Shown: in pieces, positions 8,519 through 17,619 of the stretch
Layout of the letters: every line of letters starts with the position of its first letter
Position numbering within the stretch: the first letter of the stretch is position 1
NCBI GenBank assembly: GCA_937982505.1
Contig: CALJLV010000189.1
Coordinates: 320-64,319 of the forward strand
Direction of reading: 5' to 3'
Length of the DNA: 64,000 nucleotides
DNA from: an uncultured Desulfobacteraceae bacterium
GTDB lineage: Bacteria; Desulfobacterota; Desulfobacteria; Desulfobacterales; UBA2174
Notes under the pieces: generated by a model
What the model was told of the DNA's origin: nothing
What the model saw: the letters and a program-made list of their open reading frames with translations, nothing else
The model's database searches: none
Program-made: the position numbers and the translations under genes

Positions 8519-10357
8519 ATGTTCGCCAATTTCCTCTACTTCATCGTCGTACTGCTGATCTTCAGCACCTACCAGCCGCCCGAGCACCCGCTCCTTACCG
8601 CCGGCCAGGCCGTGGCGGGGGCCGTCGGCCTGGCCGTGTTCTTTGCCGCCTGGGCCCATCTGTCCTTCGCCCGCCTGGGCCGAAGCCTCGAGCGCCTGGG
8701 GCCGGCGGCCGCCGACCTGCGCCACGCGGCCCTGGTCACCCGCCTTTGCGTGCTGGCGGTGGTCCTGTTCGCGGTAAACGTCTACGGGCTGAATCTGCCC
8801 GCCTACCTGGCCCTCCTGCCCGGCCTGCGCGCCCTGCCCACCCTCCAGGCCCTGATCTTCGTGGGTCTCTTCATCGCTTATCTGGCCCTCGTTTGGACTG
8901 CGGGGCATGCGACCTACGAACGGATCCAGCGCAGCGGAGCGTCGCGCCGCGGCTACGTGACCGCCAATATCGCTTTCGGGATTCCGGTGATCCTGCCGTG
9001 GCTGGCCTTGTCGGCCGTGGCGGACCTCATCGCGGCGCTTCCCTTCGAGGCGCCGAGGCGCTGGCTTGCCACGCCTGCCGGAGAGCTGGTCTATTTTCTC
9101 TTCTTTCTGGCCCTGGTGGCCGTCTTCGGTCCGGCCATGATCCGCCGTTTCTGGGGCTGCCGTTCCCTGGCCCAGGGGCCGGCGCGGCGGCGCATCGCCG
9201 CCGTCTGCCAGCGCGCCGGAATGCGCTTTGCCGACATTCTGGACTGGCCCCTGATGGAAGGACGGATGATCACGGCCGGAATCATGGGGCTGGTGCGCCG
9301 CTTTCGCTATATCCTGGTGACCCGGGCCCTGCTCGTCCACCTCGAGCCCGAGGAACTCGAACAGGTGATCGCCCACGAGATCGGGCATGTCCAGCGCCAT
9401 CATCTGCTCTTTTACCTGCTGCTGCTCAGCGGCTATCTGGTGCTGGCCTACGCCACTTTCGATCTGGCCCTGTTCGCCGTCCTCTCCGGCCGTCCCCTGG
9501 CGTGGCTGGCGCACAGCGGGGATCCGGCCCGCCTGGCCGCGCTGCTGCTCAACGGGGCGGCGGTGCTCCTCTTTCTGCTCTACTTCCGCTTCATTTTCGG
9601 CTACTTCATGCGCAACTTCGAACGCCAGGCCGACCTCTACGTCTACCGGCTCTATGACGACGCGCGTCCGCTCGTGGCCACCCTGGCCAAGATTTCCGCC
9701 GCCAGCCGCACCGCCCCGGAAAAACCCAACTGGCATCATTTCTCCATCCGCCAGCGCATCGACTACCTGCTGCGCTGCCAGGCCGATCCGCGCTGGATCA
9801 ACCGCCACGAACGCAAGGTGCGACGCAGTCTGGCAGTCTACTGCGCGGTTCTGGCCCTGGTGGGCGCCCTGGCCTGGCAGCTCCATTTCGGCGCGGCCGG
9901 CCGCCGTCTCAATCAGCATTTCCTGGAGCGCATCGTCCGTGCCGAGCTGGTGCGCGATCCGCACCAGCCCCGGCTTCTGGTCCTGCTGGGCGACCTGCAC
10001 TATCAGCATCAGCGCCTGGAACAGGCCGCTGCGGCCTACGAAGAGGCCCTGGCCCGGGATCCACGCCATCCGCGGGCCCTCAACAACCTCGCCTGGCTCT
10101 ACGCCACTGGCCCCGCGCCCGGCCTGCGCCGCCCGGGCCGCGCGCTTGAGCTGGCCCTGCGCGCGGTGGCGGCCGATCCGGCCCCCCATGTCCTGGACAC
10201 CCTGGCGGAAAGCTACCATGCCGCCGGACGAAGCGCCGAGGCCCAGGCCGCGGGCCGCCGCGCCCTGGCGGCCGCCGTCGAGGCGGGCCAGGATCGGGAC
10301 TATTACGAGCGCCAGATGGAAAAATTCGGCGGGATGGCGCAGCACGGTGCGCCCTGA
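8519..10357 (+). CDS. Membrane M48-family zinc metalloprotease with a C-terminal TPR domain
   Basis: Several predicted TM helices. HEIGHVQRHH (HExxH) motif. The C-terminus has TPR-like repeats (YEEALARDPRHPRALNNLAWLY..). Confidence 0.8.
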   Translation: MFANFLYFIVVLLIFSTYQPPEHPLLTAGQAVAGAVGLAVFFAAWAHLSFARLGRSLERLGPAAADLRHAALVTRLCVLAVVLFAVNVYGLNLPAYLALLPGLRALPTLQALIFVGLFIAYLALVWTAGHATYERIQRSGASRRGYVTANIAFGIPVILPWLALSAVADLIAALPFEAPRRWLATPAGELVYFLFFLALVAVFGPAMIRRFWGCRSLAQGPARRRIAAVCQRAGMRFADILDWPLMEGRMITAGIMGLVRRFRYILVTRALLVHLEPEELEQVIAHEIGHVQRHHLLFYLLLLSGYLVLAYATFDLALFAVLSGRPLAWLAHSGDPARLAALLLNGAAVLLFLLYFRFIFGYFMRNFERQADLYVYRLYDDARPLVATLAKISAASRTAPEKPNWHHFSIRQRIDYLLRCQADPRWINRHERKVRRSLAVYCAVLALVGALAWQLHFGAAGRRLNQHFLERIVRAELVRDPHQPRLLVLLGDLHYQHQRLEQAAAAYEEALARDPRHPRALNNLAWLYATGPAPGLRRPGRALELALRAVAADPAPHVLDTLAESYHAAGRSAEAQAAGRRALAAAVEAGQDRDYYERQMEKFGGMAQHGAP

Positions 10358-10422
10358 GACACAGGGCCCGGCGACGGGCCGCGGGACCCGGGCATTGGTC
10401 CCCCTTGACCCGCGGCGCGCTT

Positions 10423-12744
10423 TCAAATGGTCACCTTGCGCACCTGGATCAGGTCCAGCAGTCCGGTGAAGATCTTTCCGATCCCATCCTGGCGCAGGGT
10501 AGTCATGCCATCCGCGATGGCCTGGGCGCGGATTTGCTCCATGGGTTTGGCGTTCTGGATGAGTTTTTTCATGGGCGCGGTGCCCATGAGCAGTTCGTGA
10601 ACCCCGCAGCGGCCGCGATAGCCGCTGTTGCTGCAGTGCTCGCAGCCCACGGGCCGGTACAGCTGCAAGTCGTCGCTCAGGGGCAGTGCCAGATGCCGGT
10701 TGAAGGCCGTCGGTCCGCCGTACTCGCGCACCAGTTCCTCGTAATCCTCCTGGGCCGGCCGGTAGGCCTCCTTGCAGTGCTTGCAGAGGGTGCGCGCCAG
10801 GCGCTGGGCCAGGATCCCCAGGATGGCGTCGGCGAAATTGAAGGGATCCATCCCCATGTCCAGCAGTCGGGTGATGCTTTCCGGAGCGCTGTTGGTGTGC
10901 AGGGTGGAAAAGACCAGATGGCCGGTCAAAGAGGCCTCGATGCCGATGGCGGTGGTCTCCTTGTCGCGCATTTCACCCACCATGATCACGTCCGGATCGG
11001 CGCGCAGGAAGGAGCGCATGGCCAGGGAAAAATCGAAGCCGATCTTGGGCTGGACCTGCACCTGGCGCAGGCCGCGCTGGGTGATCTCCACCGGGTCCTC
11101 GGCGGTCCAGATCTTGGTCTCGGTCTTGTTGATGAACCCCAGGGCCGAGTGCAAGGTGGTGGTCTTGCCCGAGCCGGTGGGGCCGCAGACGAAAATCAGA
11201 CCGTAGGGCTGATTGACGATGCCGGCGAATTTCTCGTAATTCTGGGGAGTCAGCCCTATTTTGTCCAGAGGGATGGGCTCCCCGGCGGCCAGAAGCCGCA
11301 TCACCACGTCTTCCATCCCTCCCTGGGTGGGCACGGTGGCCACCCGCAGTTCCAGATCCAGTCCGCTGTACTTCTTGAAGCGGATCTTGCCGTCCTGGGG
11401 CTTGCGCCGCTCGGCGATGTCCAGATCGCTCATGATCTTGATGCGCGAAACGATGGCGTTGCGAAAGGCGAAGGGAATGGTCTGGTAGACCTGACAGGCC
11501 CCGTCGATGCGAAATCGCACCACGGTGTTCTGTTTGCCGGCATAGGGCTCGATGTGAATGTCCGAAGCGCCCCGGTGGTAGGCGTCGATGATCATCTTGT
11601 TGACCAGCTGGACCACGGCGCTGTCTTCCTCGCCCACCCCGGTTTCGGCCTCTTCGATCTCGATCTCCTCGGCCCCGAGCTGGCTGAGGATCTCGTCCAT
11701 GGAGGCCAGCTCCTTCTCGTCCTGGGTGAACAGCAAGATGTACTGTTCGATGTCTTCGCGCAGCGCCACGGCGAAGCTGACCTGCTGGCCGGCAAAGAGC
11801 ATCCGGATGTTGTCGACCCGCTGCAGATCGTGGGGATTGTCGATGGCCACCAGGACCCTGCCCTCTTCGACCCGCAGCGGCACGAAGGCGTTGCTCTTCA
11901 TGAAGGGGACCTTGACCCTGGCCAGCAGTTCCCCCGGGATGGGGGCGTTCTTGTTGTAGTCGACGAAAGGGGCCTTGTAGAACCGGCTCAGGGATTTGCC
12001 GATTTCCGGCTTGGGAACCTTGAAATCGGCCATGAGGATCTTCTCGATGGGTTCGCGCCGCTGGCGGGCATCGGCCACGGCCTTTTCCAGCTCTTTGCCG
12101 GTGAGGATGTGGTTTTCAAGGATGTAGTCGAACTTGGTGGGCCGGGTGCGCGCCATGCGCTTCTGGTTGTACAGCGCGATGCCCAGGATCTTGGCCAGTT
12201 CCTGCACGGCCCATTCGTCCTGTTCGACAAAGCGCTCCCCCCCGCCGGTGCGGTTGATCAGCTGGATGGCGCCCAGGAGGAACTGTTTGTAGATCACCGG
12301 GCAGACCAGCACGGCATGGGTGCGGAATCCGGTGCGCTCGTCCCAGCGGCGGTCGAACCTGAGCTGGGGGTCGATGGCTTTCAGAACACCTTCGTCATAG
12401 GCGTCGGCGATGTTGACGAGCCGCTGTTTAAAGGCGGCATAGCCCGACAGGCTGTCGGCCGTGATGGGCACCCGGATCTCGGCCACCTCGTCGCCGGATT
12501 TGAAGCGCGACACCAGTTCGCGACGCTTGCCGTCCACCACGTAGATGGTGATGCGCTGCGCTTCGAACAGGCCGGTGATGTCATCCTTGAGATCGATGAG
12601 AATCTCGTCGAGATTCTTGGCGGCGTAAATCTTGTTGCAGATCTCCTGGAGCCGGGTGCGGTACTCCACCTCGGACTGGAGTGTTCGAACGTCCTCGTTG
12701 GGATTGCCGACAGGGGCCGCGGTCTGGGACGGGGGCGCCGTCAT
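10423..12744 (-). CDS. GspE/PilB-family secretion ATPase with an N-terminal GAF domain
   Basis: GAF-like N-terminus (aa ~25-195), a T2SSE_N-like region, Walker A VCGPTGSGKTTTL, Walker B/Asp box DPDVIMVGEMRD, His box TGHLVFSTLHTN, and tetracysteine CKHC..CEHC. Confidence 0.9.
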   Translation of the reverse strand: MTAPPSQTAAPVGNPNEDVRTLQSEVEYRTRLQEICNKIYAAKNLDEILIDLKDDITGLFEAQRITIYVVDGKRRELVSRFKSGDEVAEIRVPITADSLSGYAAFKQRLVNIADAYDEGVLKAIDPQLRFDRRWDERTGFRTHAVLVCPVIYKQFLLGAIQLINRTGGGERFVEQDEWAVQELAKILGIALYNQKRMARTRPTKFDYILENHILTGKELEKAVADARQRREPIEKILMADFKVPKPEIGKSLSRFYKAPFVDYNKNAPIPGELLARVKVPFMKSNAFVPLRVEEGRVLVAIDNPHDLQRVDNIRMLFAGQQVSFAVALREDIEQYILLFTQDEKELASMDEILSQLGAEEIEIEEAETGVGEEDSAVVQLVNKMIIDAYHRGASDIHIEPYAGKQNTVVRFRIDGACQVYQTIPFAFRNAIVSRIKIMSDLDIAERRKPQDGKIRFKKYSGLDLELRVATVPTQGGMEDVVMRLLAAGEPIPLDKIGLTPQNYEKFAGIVNQPYGLIFVCGPTGSGKTTTLHSALGFINKTETKIWTAEDPVEITQRGLRQVQVQPKIGFDFSLAMRSFLRADPDVIMVGEMRDKETTAIGIEASLTGHLVFSTLHTNSAPESITRLLDMGMDPFNFADAILGILAQRLARTLCKHCKEAYRPAQEDYEELVREYGGPTAFNRHLALPLSDDLQLYRPVGCEHCSNSGYRGRCGVHELLMGTAPMKKLIQNAKPMEQIRAQAIADGMTTLRQDGIGKIFTGLLDLIQVRKVTI

Positions 12745-12852
12745 GCAGGGACCTCCTCGTGGAGCAGGCGGCCTTTGCCATCCGGGAAGATGGTCCGCCG
12801 AAGCGTGGTCTGCGGCGGCAGCCGGCAGGCAATGACCACCGCCCGTTCACTT

Positions 12853-13095
12853 TCAGTCTGGGGAAGGGGCCCGGTGTGGGCGCCGATAATGGCGATGGAT
12901 CTTTCGAACGCCGCCGCCGACCAGGATGACCCCCATCACGTAAAAGCAAAACCGGATAAAACCGGCGATGGCCGCAAAGCTTTCGATCTCTTCAATGCGG
13001 GGCATGACCTGGGGGATGCGAAAGAAGACACCGATTCCCGCCGCCAGCAGGGCGATTCCCCAGACAAGCTGAAACGTGGCGTTGTGGTTTTTCAT
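12853..13095 (-). CDS. Small membrane protein (about 80 aa, two predicted TM helices), hypothetical
   Basis: MKNHNATFQLVWGIALLAAGIGVFF.. and ..FIRFCFYVMGVILVGGGV hydrophobic helices. It lies upstream of, and co-directional with, the GAF-GspE gene. The start is uncertain: ATG 13095 with AGGAG directly abutting, or GTG 13143. Confidence 0.4.
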   Translation of the reverse strand: MKNHNATFQLVWGIALLAAGIGVFFRIPQVMPRIEEIESFAAIAGFIRFCFYVMGVILVGGGVRKIHRHYRRPHRAPSPD

Positions 13096-13395
13096 CTCCT
13101 GCCTGGCGCAGAAAAGTGTTCCGGCACACGGATCGTCAAGCACGGACCCTAACGCAAACCCGGCGCCGCTGTCAATGCGCCGCGCCCGCCGGCGCGCGAC
13201 CCCGTCCAGGTTTGGCGATCCGCCCTGCAAGGGATTTTTCCCGGTTCATAGGCTCCGCCCGCCGGTGCCCTTGACTGCAGATCCCTCGTCGTGAACGGTG
13301 ACATTCGGCAAGAACAGCCGCGGAGGCCCTTACGTTGACGGGGCCTTGCCCGCCGGCGTCCTGCGGGTCCTGGGACCGGCGGCCGGCAAGGGCCG

Positions 13396-14649
13396 TCAGG
13401 GGGTGCACGGCCCCTGGAAGCTGCCGCGCTCCTTGAGTCTCACCGTCACCGGAACCCCCAGGCGTTCATGCAGGTGGTCGGCCACGGCCAGCATCCGCTT
13501 TTCCAGCATCTTGATCTCGTCGGAAAAGAGCCGATCGTCGACGCCGATCCAGACCTCGAGGATCTGGCGGCCCTGCTGGCGGTTGACGAAGACCCGCTGC
13601 CGGTCGGGGGAAAACCCCAGGGCCGCGGCCATGTGGGCCTGCACCTGGTCGCGGTGCAGCTTGACCCCCCGCAGCACCAGCAGCTGATCGGTGCGCCCTT
13701 CGAGCCAGGCGATGCGCACCCCCGGAGTGCCGCAGGCGCAGGGCGCCACCAGGAGCCGGGACCGGTCTCCGGTGCGAAAGCGGATCAGCGGCATGGCCCG
13801 GGCCGTGAGGGTGGTGAGCACCAGTTCCCCGTCCGCCCCTGCCGGCAGGCGCTCGCCGCTGGCGGGATCGACGATCTCGGGCAAGAAGTGCGCGTCATGA
13901 ACGTGCAGTCCGTCGTGGGCGGCGCATTCGTAGGCCAGGGCCGGACCGGGCACCTCCGCCAGGCCGTAATGGACCCAGGTGGCCACGTGGAGCTTTTCCT
14001 CCAGCATCCGGCGGTGGGCCGGAGCCGCCGGCTCTCCCACCAGGATCAGGGTCTTGAGGGACAGCTGGCTGGGGTTCATCTGGGCCGCGTGCAGGTGCTC
14101 GGCGATCTGCTGGGCATAGGCCGGGGTGGTCACCAGCACGCTGATCCGGTAGTCGCGCAGCACCATGAGCTGTTTTTCGCACGAAAGCAGCGAATTGGGC
14201 ACCACACTGGCCTCCAGGGCCTCGGCCCCGCCCTTGTAGTCCCGGCCCCAGTCGTTGAGTCCCGGATCCAGGCTGATCTGCAGAATGTCGTCGCAGGTCA
14301 CCCCGGCGGCCCCCAGGCTCTGCGCCACCATTTCGGTCCAGTGTTTCAGGTCCTGGGCCGTGTAGCCGCTCACCGAGGGATTCAAGGTGGTGCCCGGCGC
14401 GGTGTGAATGCGCACGATGTCCCGCAGCGGCACGGCGAAAAGCCCGTACGGGTAGTTTTCGCCGAGATGCGCGCGGGTCATGAAGGGCAACCGGTCGAGG
14501 TTGTCCAGGGTCTCCACGGCCGACGGATCGACGCCGTTGCGCCGCATCCGCTGCCGGTGAAAGGGGACGCTGCGAAAAGCGCGGTTCAGGGTGCTCTGAA
14601 GACGCTCGAACTGGCGCTGGATCCGTTCGTCAAGGTCACCGGAAGACAT
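13396..14649 (-). CDS. Phenylacetate-CoA ligase (PaaK/F390 synthetase) family paralogue with a degenerate adenylation P-loop
   Basis: Collinear with the PaaK at 32258-33559, but SSGTTGQP is replaced by APGTTLNP and [11 protein letters not shown] by LDPGLNDWGRD. The C-terminal small domain is retained. Confidence 0.8.
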   Translation of the reverse strand: MSSGDLDERIQRQFERLQSTLNRAFRSVPFHRQRMRRNGVDPSAVETLDNLDRLPFMTRAHLGENYPYGLFAVPLRDIVRIHTAPGTTLNPSVSGYTAQDLKHWTEMVAQSLGAAGVTCDDILQISLDPGLNDWGRDYKGGAEALEASVVPNSLLSCEKQLMVLRDYRISVLVTTPAYAQQIAEHLHAAQMNPSQLSLKTLILVGEPAAPAHRRMLEEKLHVATWVHYGLAEVPGPALAYECAAHDGLHVHDAHFLPEIVDPASGERLPAGADGELVLTTLTARAMPLIRFRTGDRSRLLVAPCACGTPGVRIAWLEGRTDQLLVLRGVKLHRDQVQAHMAAALGFSPDRQRVFVNRQQGRQILEVWIGVDDRLFSDEIKMLEKRMLAVADHLHERLGVPVTVRLKERGSFQGPCTP

Positions 14650-14652
14650 GGC

Positions 14653-15396
14653 TCATTCCCTCCCCTCGTAAAACCCCTCGTAATCCTTGCCCAGATAGGC
14701 CCGCTTGACCTCCACGTCGTTGAGCAGCTCCCGGGCCGGCCCCTCGAGCACCACCCGGCCGTTTTCGAACACATAGCCGCGGTCGGCGATCTGCAGCGCG
14801 GCCCGGGCATTCTGCTCCACCAGCAGAATGGTCAGTCCCTCGGCGCGCAGCTGCACCAGGGTGCCGAGGATCCGGTCCACCAGCATGGGGGCCAGCCCCA
14901 TGGAAGGCTCATCCAGCAGGAGCAGCCGTGGTCGGGCCATGAGGGCCCGGCCGATGGCCAGCATCTGCTGCTCTCCACCGGAGAGGGTGCCGGCGGGCTG
15001 GTGGCGCCGCTCGGCCAGAACCGGGAACAGTTCCAGCACCCGTTCGAGGGTTTGCCGGGCTTCGGCGCCGCGGGATCGGCGGTAGAGGGTATAGGCCCCC
15101 AGCTGGAGGTTGTCCATCACCGCCAGGCTGCCGAAGATCAGCCGGCCCTCGGGCACCAGGCCGATCCCGCGGCGTACGATGCCGGGCGCATCCAGGCCCT
15201 GGAGGGACTCCCCCTGGAACACGATCCGGCCCTGCCACCCGCCCAGCAGGCCGCTGACGGCGCCCAGCAGGGTGCTTTTGCCGGCCCCGTTGGCGCCGAT
15301 GAGGCTGATCAGTTCCCCCTGGCGCACCGAGAGGCTGACCCCTTTGATGGCCATGATACCGCCGTAGAAGCATTTGAGGTTGCGAATGGTCAGCAT
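14653..15396 (-). CDS. livF: Branched-chain amino acid ABC transporter ATP-binding protein (LivF type)
   Basis: Walker A GANGAGKST, signature LSGGEQQMLAIGRAL, Walker B LLLLDEPS. C-terminal ..AYLG, typical of LivF. Confidence 0.9.
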   Translation of the reverse strand: MLTIRNLKCFYGGIMAIKGVSLSVRQGELISLIGANGAGKSTLLGAVSGLLGGWQGRIVFQGESLQGLDAPGIVRRGIGLVPEGRLIFGSLAVMDNLQLGAYTLYRRSRGAEARQTLERVLELFPVLAERRHQPAGTLSGGEQQMLAIGRALMARPRLLLLDEPSMGLAPMLVDRILGTLVQLRAEGLTILLVEQNARAALQIADRGYVFENGRVVLEGPARELLNDVEVKRAYLGKDYEGFYEGRE

Positions 15397-15424
15397 GCCG
15401 GTCCCATTGCGAAAATCGCGGGCG

Positions 15425-16171
15425 TCAGGGCCTCAAGGCCCTGCGCAAGCGATCGAGAAACTCCCTGCGCGGCATCTGCCGCGCACCGAAGCGGACCAGG
15501 TGGGCAGTGGTCACCTGGCAGTCGATCAGTGAAAATCCCATGGCCTCCAGATGGCGCACCAGATGGACCAGCCCGGCCTTGGAGGCGTCGCTCTCCCGGT
15601 GGAACATCGATTCGCCGAAGAAACAGCGCCCCAGGGCCACCCCGTAGAGGCCGCCCGCCAGACGCCCCTCCCGCCAGACCTCCAGCGAATGGGCATAGCC
15701 GGCCTGGTGCAGCCGGATGTAGGCCGAAATCATCTCGGGCACCAGCCAGGTACCGCTCTGGCGCCGATCGGCCGCACAGGCGTGGATCACCGCGACGAAG
15801 GCCTGGTCCAGGGTGAACCGGAACCGGCCGCGGTTCAGGACGCGCCGCAGCGAGCGGGGCACGTGGAGCGATCCGGGCAGCAAGACCAGGCGCGGATCGG
15901 GGGACCACCACAGGATCGGCTCCCCGGGCGCATACCAGGGAAAAATCCCGTTGCGGTAGGCCAGCAGAAGGCGCTCCAGCCCCAGGTCGCCGCCGACGGC
16001 CAGCAATCCCTCGGGCAGCGCGTGCTCCACCGGCGGAAACCGCAGACGTTCATCAAGCCAGGCGACCGGCACGTGGCGCTCCTTTGCCCGGGGCCGCCGG
16101 ATCCCGCCATGGAACCGTTTGCGCAGCCGGCTGGGCTGGGGTATCATAGCGGCGATGGCATCCACCCGCAA
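15425..16171 (-). CDS. aat: Leucyl/phenylalanyl-tRNA--protein transferase
   Basis: LLLAYRNGIFPW, WWSPDPR, GGLYGVALGRCFFGESMF and ID.Q motifs. The start may instead be the Met 8 codons downstream (16147). Confidence 0.85.
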   Translation of the reverse strand: MRVDAIAAMIPQPSRLRKRFHGGIRRPRAKERHVPVAWLDERLRFPPVEHALPEGLLAVGGDLGLERLLLAYRNGIFPWYAPGEPILWWSPDPRLVLLPGSLHVPRSLRRVLNRGRFRFTLDQAFVAVIHACAADRRQSGTWLVPEMISAYIRLHQAGYAHSLEVWREGRLAGGLYGVALGRCFFGESMFHRESDASKAGLVHLVRHLEAMGFSLIDCQVTTAHLVRFGARQMPRREFLDRLRRALRP

Positions 16172-16215
16172 CGGCTCGGCCTTGTCCGGGCGCCACAGGA
16201 TCGGCTCCTCTTACC

Positions 16216-17619
16216 ATGCGCGTCGCCTTCGTGCACTATCATCTCAGGCCCGGCGGGGTCGCCACCGTAATCCGCCGCCAGGCAGAGGCCCTTCGCGGCG
16301 CGGCCGACACCCTGCTGCTCACCGGCGAGCCGCCCGGGCAGCCCTTTCCCGGCCCGGTGGTCCACGTGCCGGCCCTGGCTTACGACCTGCGGCGTGATCC
16401 CCACTGGAGCGCCGAAGGCCTTGCCGAAGCCATGCGCCGGGCCGTCCTGGACCACTGGCCGGCCGGATGCGACCTGTTTCACGTTCACAACCCCACCCTG
16501 GCCAAGAACCGCCTGCTCCTCGACGCCCTGCGCCGGCTCGGGGATCGGGGACAGCGCCTCCTTTTGCAGATTCACGACTTTGCCGAGGACGGGCGGCCCG
16601 AGGTCTACCCCAGAGACCCCTACCCCGCCGATTGCCACTATGCCGTTCTCAACCGCCGCGATTTGGACCTGCTCGGCCGGGCCGGGCTGCGAACCGAAGG
16701 CCTTCATCTGCTCCCCAACCAGGTGCAGCCCCCGGCGCCGCCCGCCCCTCGGACCGCATGGGCCGATCATATCTTATACCCGGTTCGCGCCATCCGCCGC
16801 AAGAACATCGGCGAGGCGCTGCTGTGGTCCTGTTTTCTGCCCCCCGGAACGGTTCTGGCGGTCACCCTGGGGCCTCACAGCCCCGCGGACCAGGGCCCTT
16901 ACCGCTTCTGGCAGGCCCTGGCCGGCCGCCACCGCCTGGCAGTGCGCTTCGAGGCCGGCCGGCGAGGGGATTTCACCCGTCTGGTGCAAACGGCCCGCTT
17001 TCTCATCACCACCAGCGTCAACGAGGGGTTCGGGTTCGCCTTTGCCGAGCCCTGGCCTTCGGGAAAGCTGCTCTGGGGCCGGCGGCTTGCCGTGTGCGAC
17101 GATTTTGCCGCCGACGGCCTGCGTTTGGACCATCTCTATCCGGCGCTGCAGGTGCCCACGCAATGGCTCGACCTCGGGTACTGGCGACGGGTCTGGATGC
17201 AGGCCTGGACCCACTCGCGGACCGCCTTTGGGCGCCCGCCGGACCGGCAGCCGGCCCAAGCGCGATTTCAATCCCTGGCCCAGGCCCGCACCGTGGATCT
17301 GGGGCTGCTGGACGAGCGCCTACAGGCCGAGGTGGTGGTGCGCTGCCGGCATTCGCCGGCGGATCGATCCGCCCTGGTGCGCCTCAACCCGTTCCTGGCC
17401 CGTGCCGGAGAGGTGCCGGACCGCCGCGCGCTGATCCGCGACAATGCCGCGGCCGTGGCCAGAAGCTACGGCCTGGAGGCCGACCGGCGCCGCCTCCTGG
17501 CGGCCTACCGCCGCTCCTGCCGTGCGGTGGTCCAGCGAATCGACCGCCGCCAGCTGCTGGACGGCTTTCTCGATTCTTGCGCCTTCAGCCTGCTGCGATG
17601 GGGAACATGGATCGACTGA
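16216..17619 (+). CDS. GT4-like (GT-B fold) glycosyltransferase with a C-terminal extension
   Basis: N-terminus MRVAFVHYHLRPGGV, PVRAIRRKNIGEALL, and the E-x7-E-type motif TSVNEGFGFAFAEPW. About 150 aa of additional C-terminal sequence is of unknown function. Confidence 0.6.
   Translation: MRVAFVHYHLRPGGVATVIRRQAEALRGAADTLLLTGEPPGQPFPGPVVHVPALAYDLRRDPHWSAEGLAEAMRRAVLDHWPAGCDLFHVHNPTLAKNRLLLDALRRLGDRGQRLLLQIHDFAEDGRPEVYPRDPYPADCHYAVLNRRDLDLLGRAGLRTEGLHLLPNQVQPPAPPAPRTAWADHILYPVRAIRRKNIGEALLWSCFLPPGTVLAVTLGPHSPADQGPYRFWQALAGRHRLAVRFEAGRRGDFTRLVQTARFLITTSVNEGFGFAFAEPWPSGKLLWGRRLAVCDDFAADGLRLDHLYPALQVPTQWLDLGYWRRVWMQAWTHSRTAFGRPPDRQPAQARFQSLAQARTVDLGLLDERLQAEVVVRCRHSPADRSALVRLNPFLARAGEVPDRRALIRDNAAAVARSYGLEADRRRLLAAYRRSCRAVVQRIDRRQLLDGFLDSCAFSLLRWGTWID

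Noticed and set aside
7640-10426. Very long antisense or alternative-frame ORFs. Examples: 7640-10426(-) 928 aa, 10405-13152(+) 915 aa, 13468-15816(+) 782 aa, 38304-40187(+) 627 aa, 59461-61344(+) 627 aa, 49272-50483(-), 50853-52214(-), 43831-45645(+).
   Set aside because: Their translations are low-complexity Arg/Gly/Pro/Ala/His-rich strings with no recognisable motifs. They lie exactly opposite genes with strong family signatures (M48 protease, GspE, PaaK/LivF, MutS, Hsp70-like, MnmA, MtaB, TPR). Stop-codon-poor antisense frames are expected at this GC content.
13105-13124. A sigma-54-like element (GG-N11-GC: CGGAACACTTTTCTGCG on the minus strand) upstream of the small membrane ORF / GAF-GspE genes.
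   Set aside because: The spacing is one nucleotide longer than the GG-N10-GC consensus, and the TGGCAC/TTGCA context is poor. It would also place the transcription start on top of the start codon.
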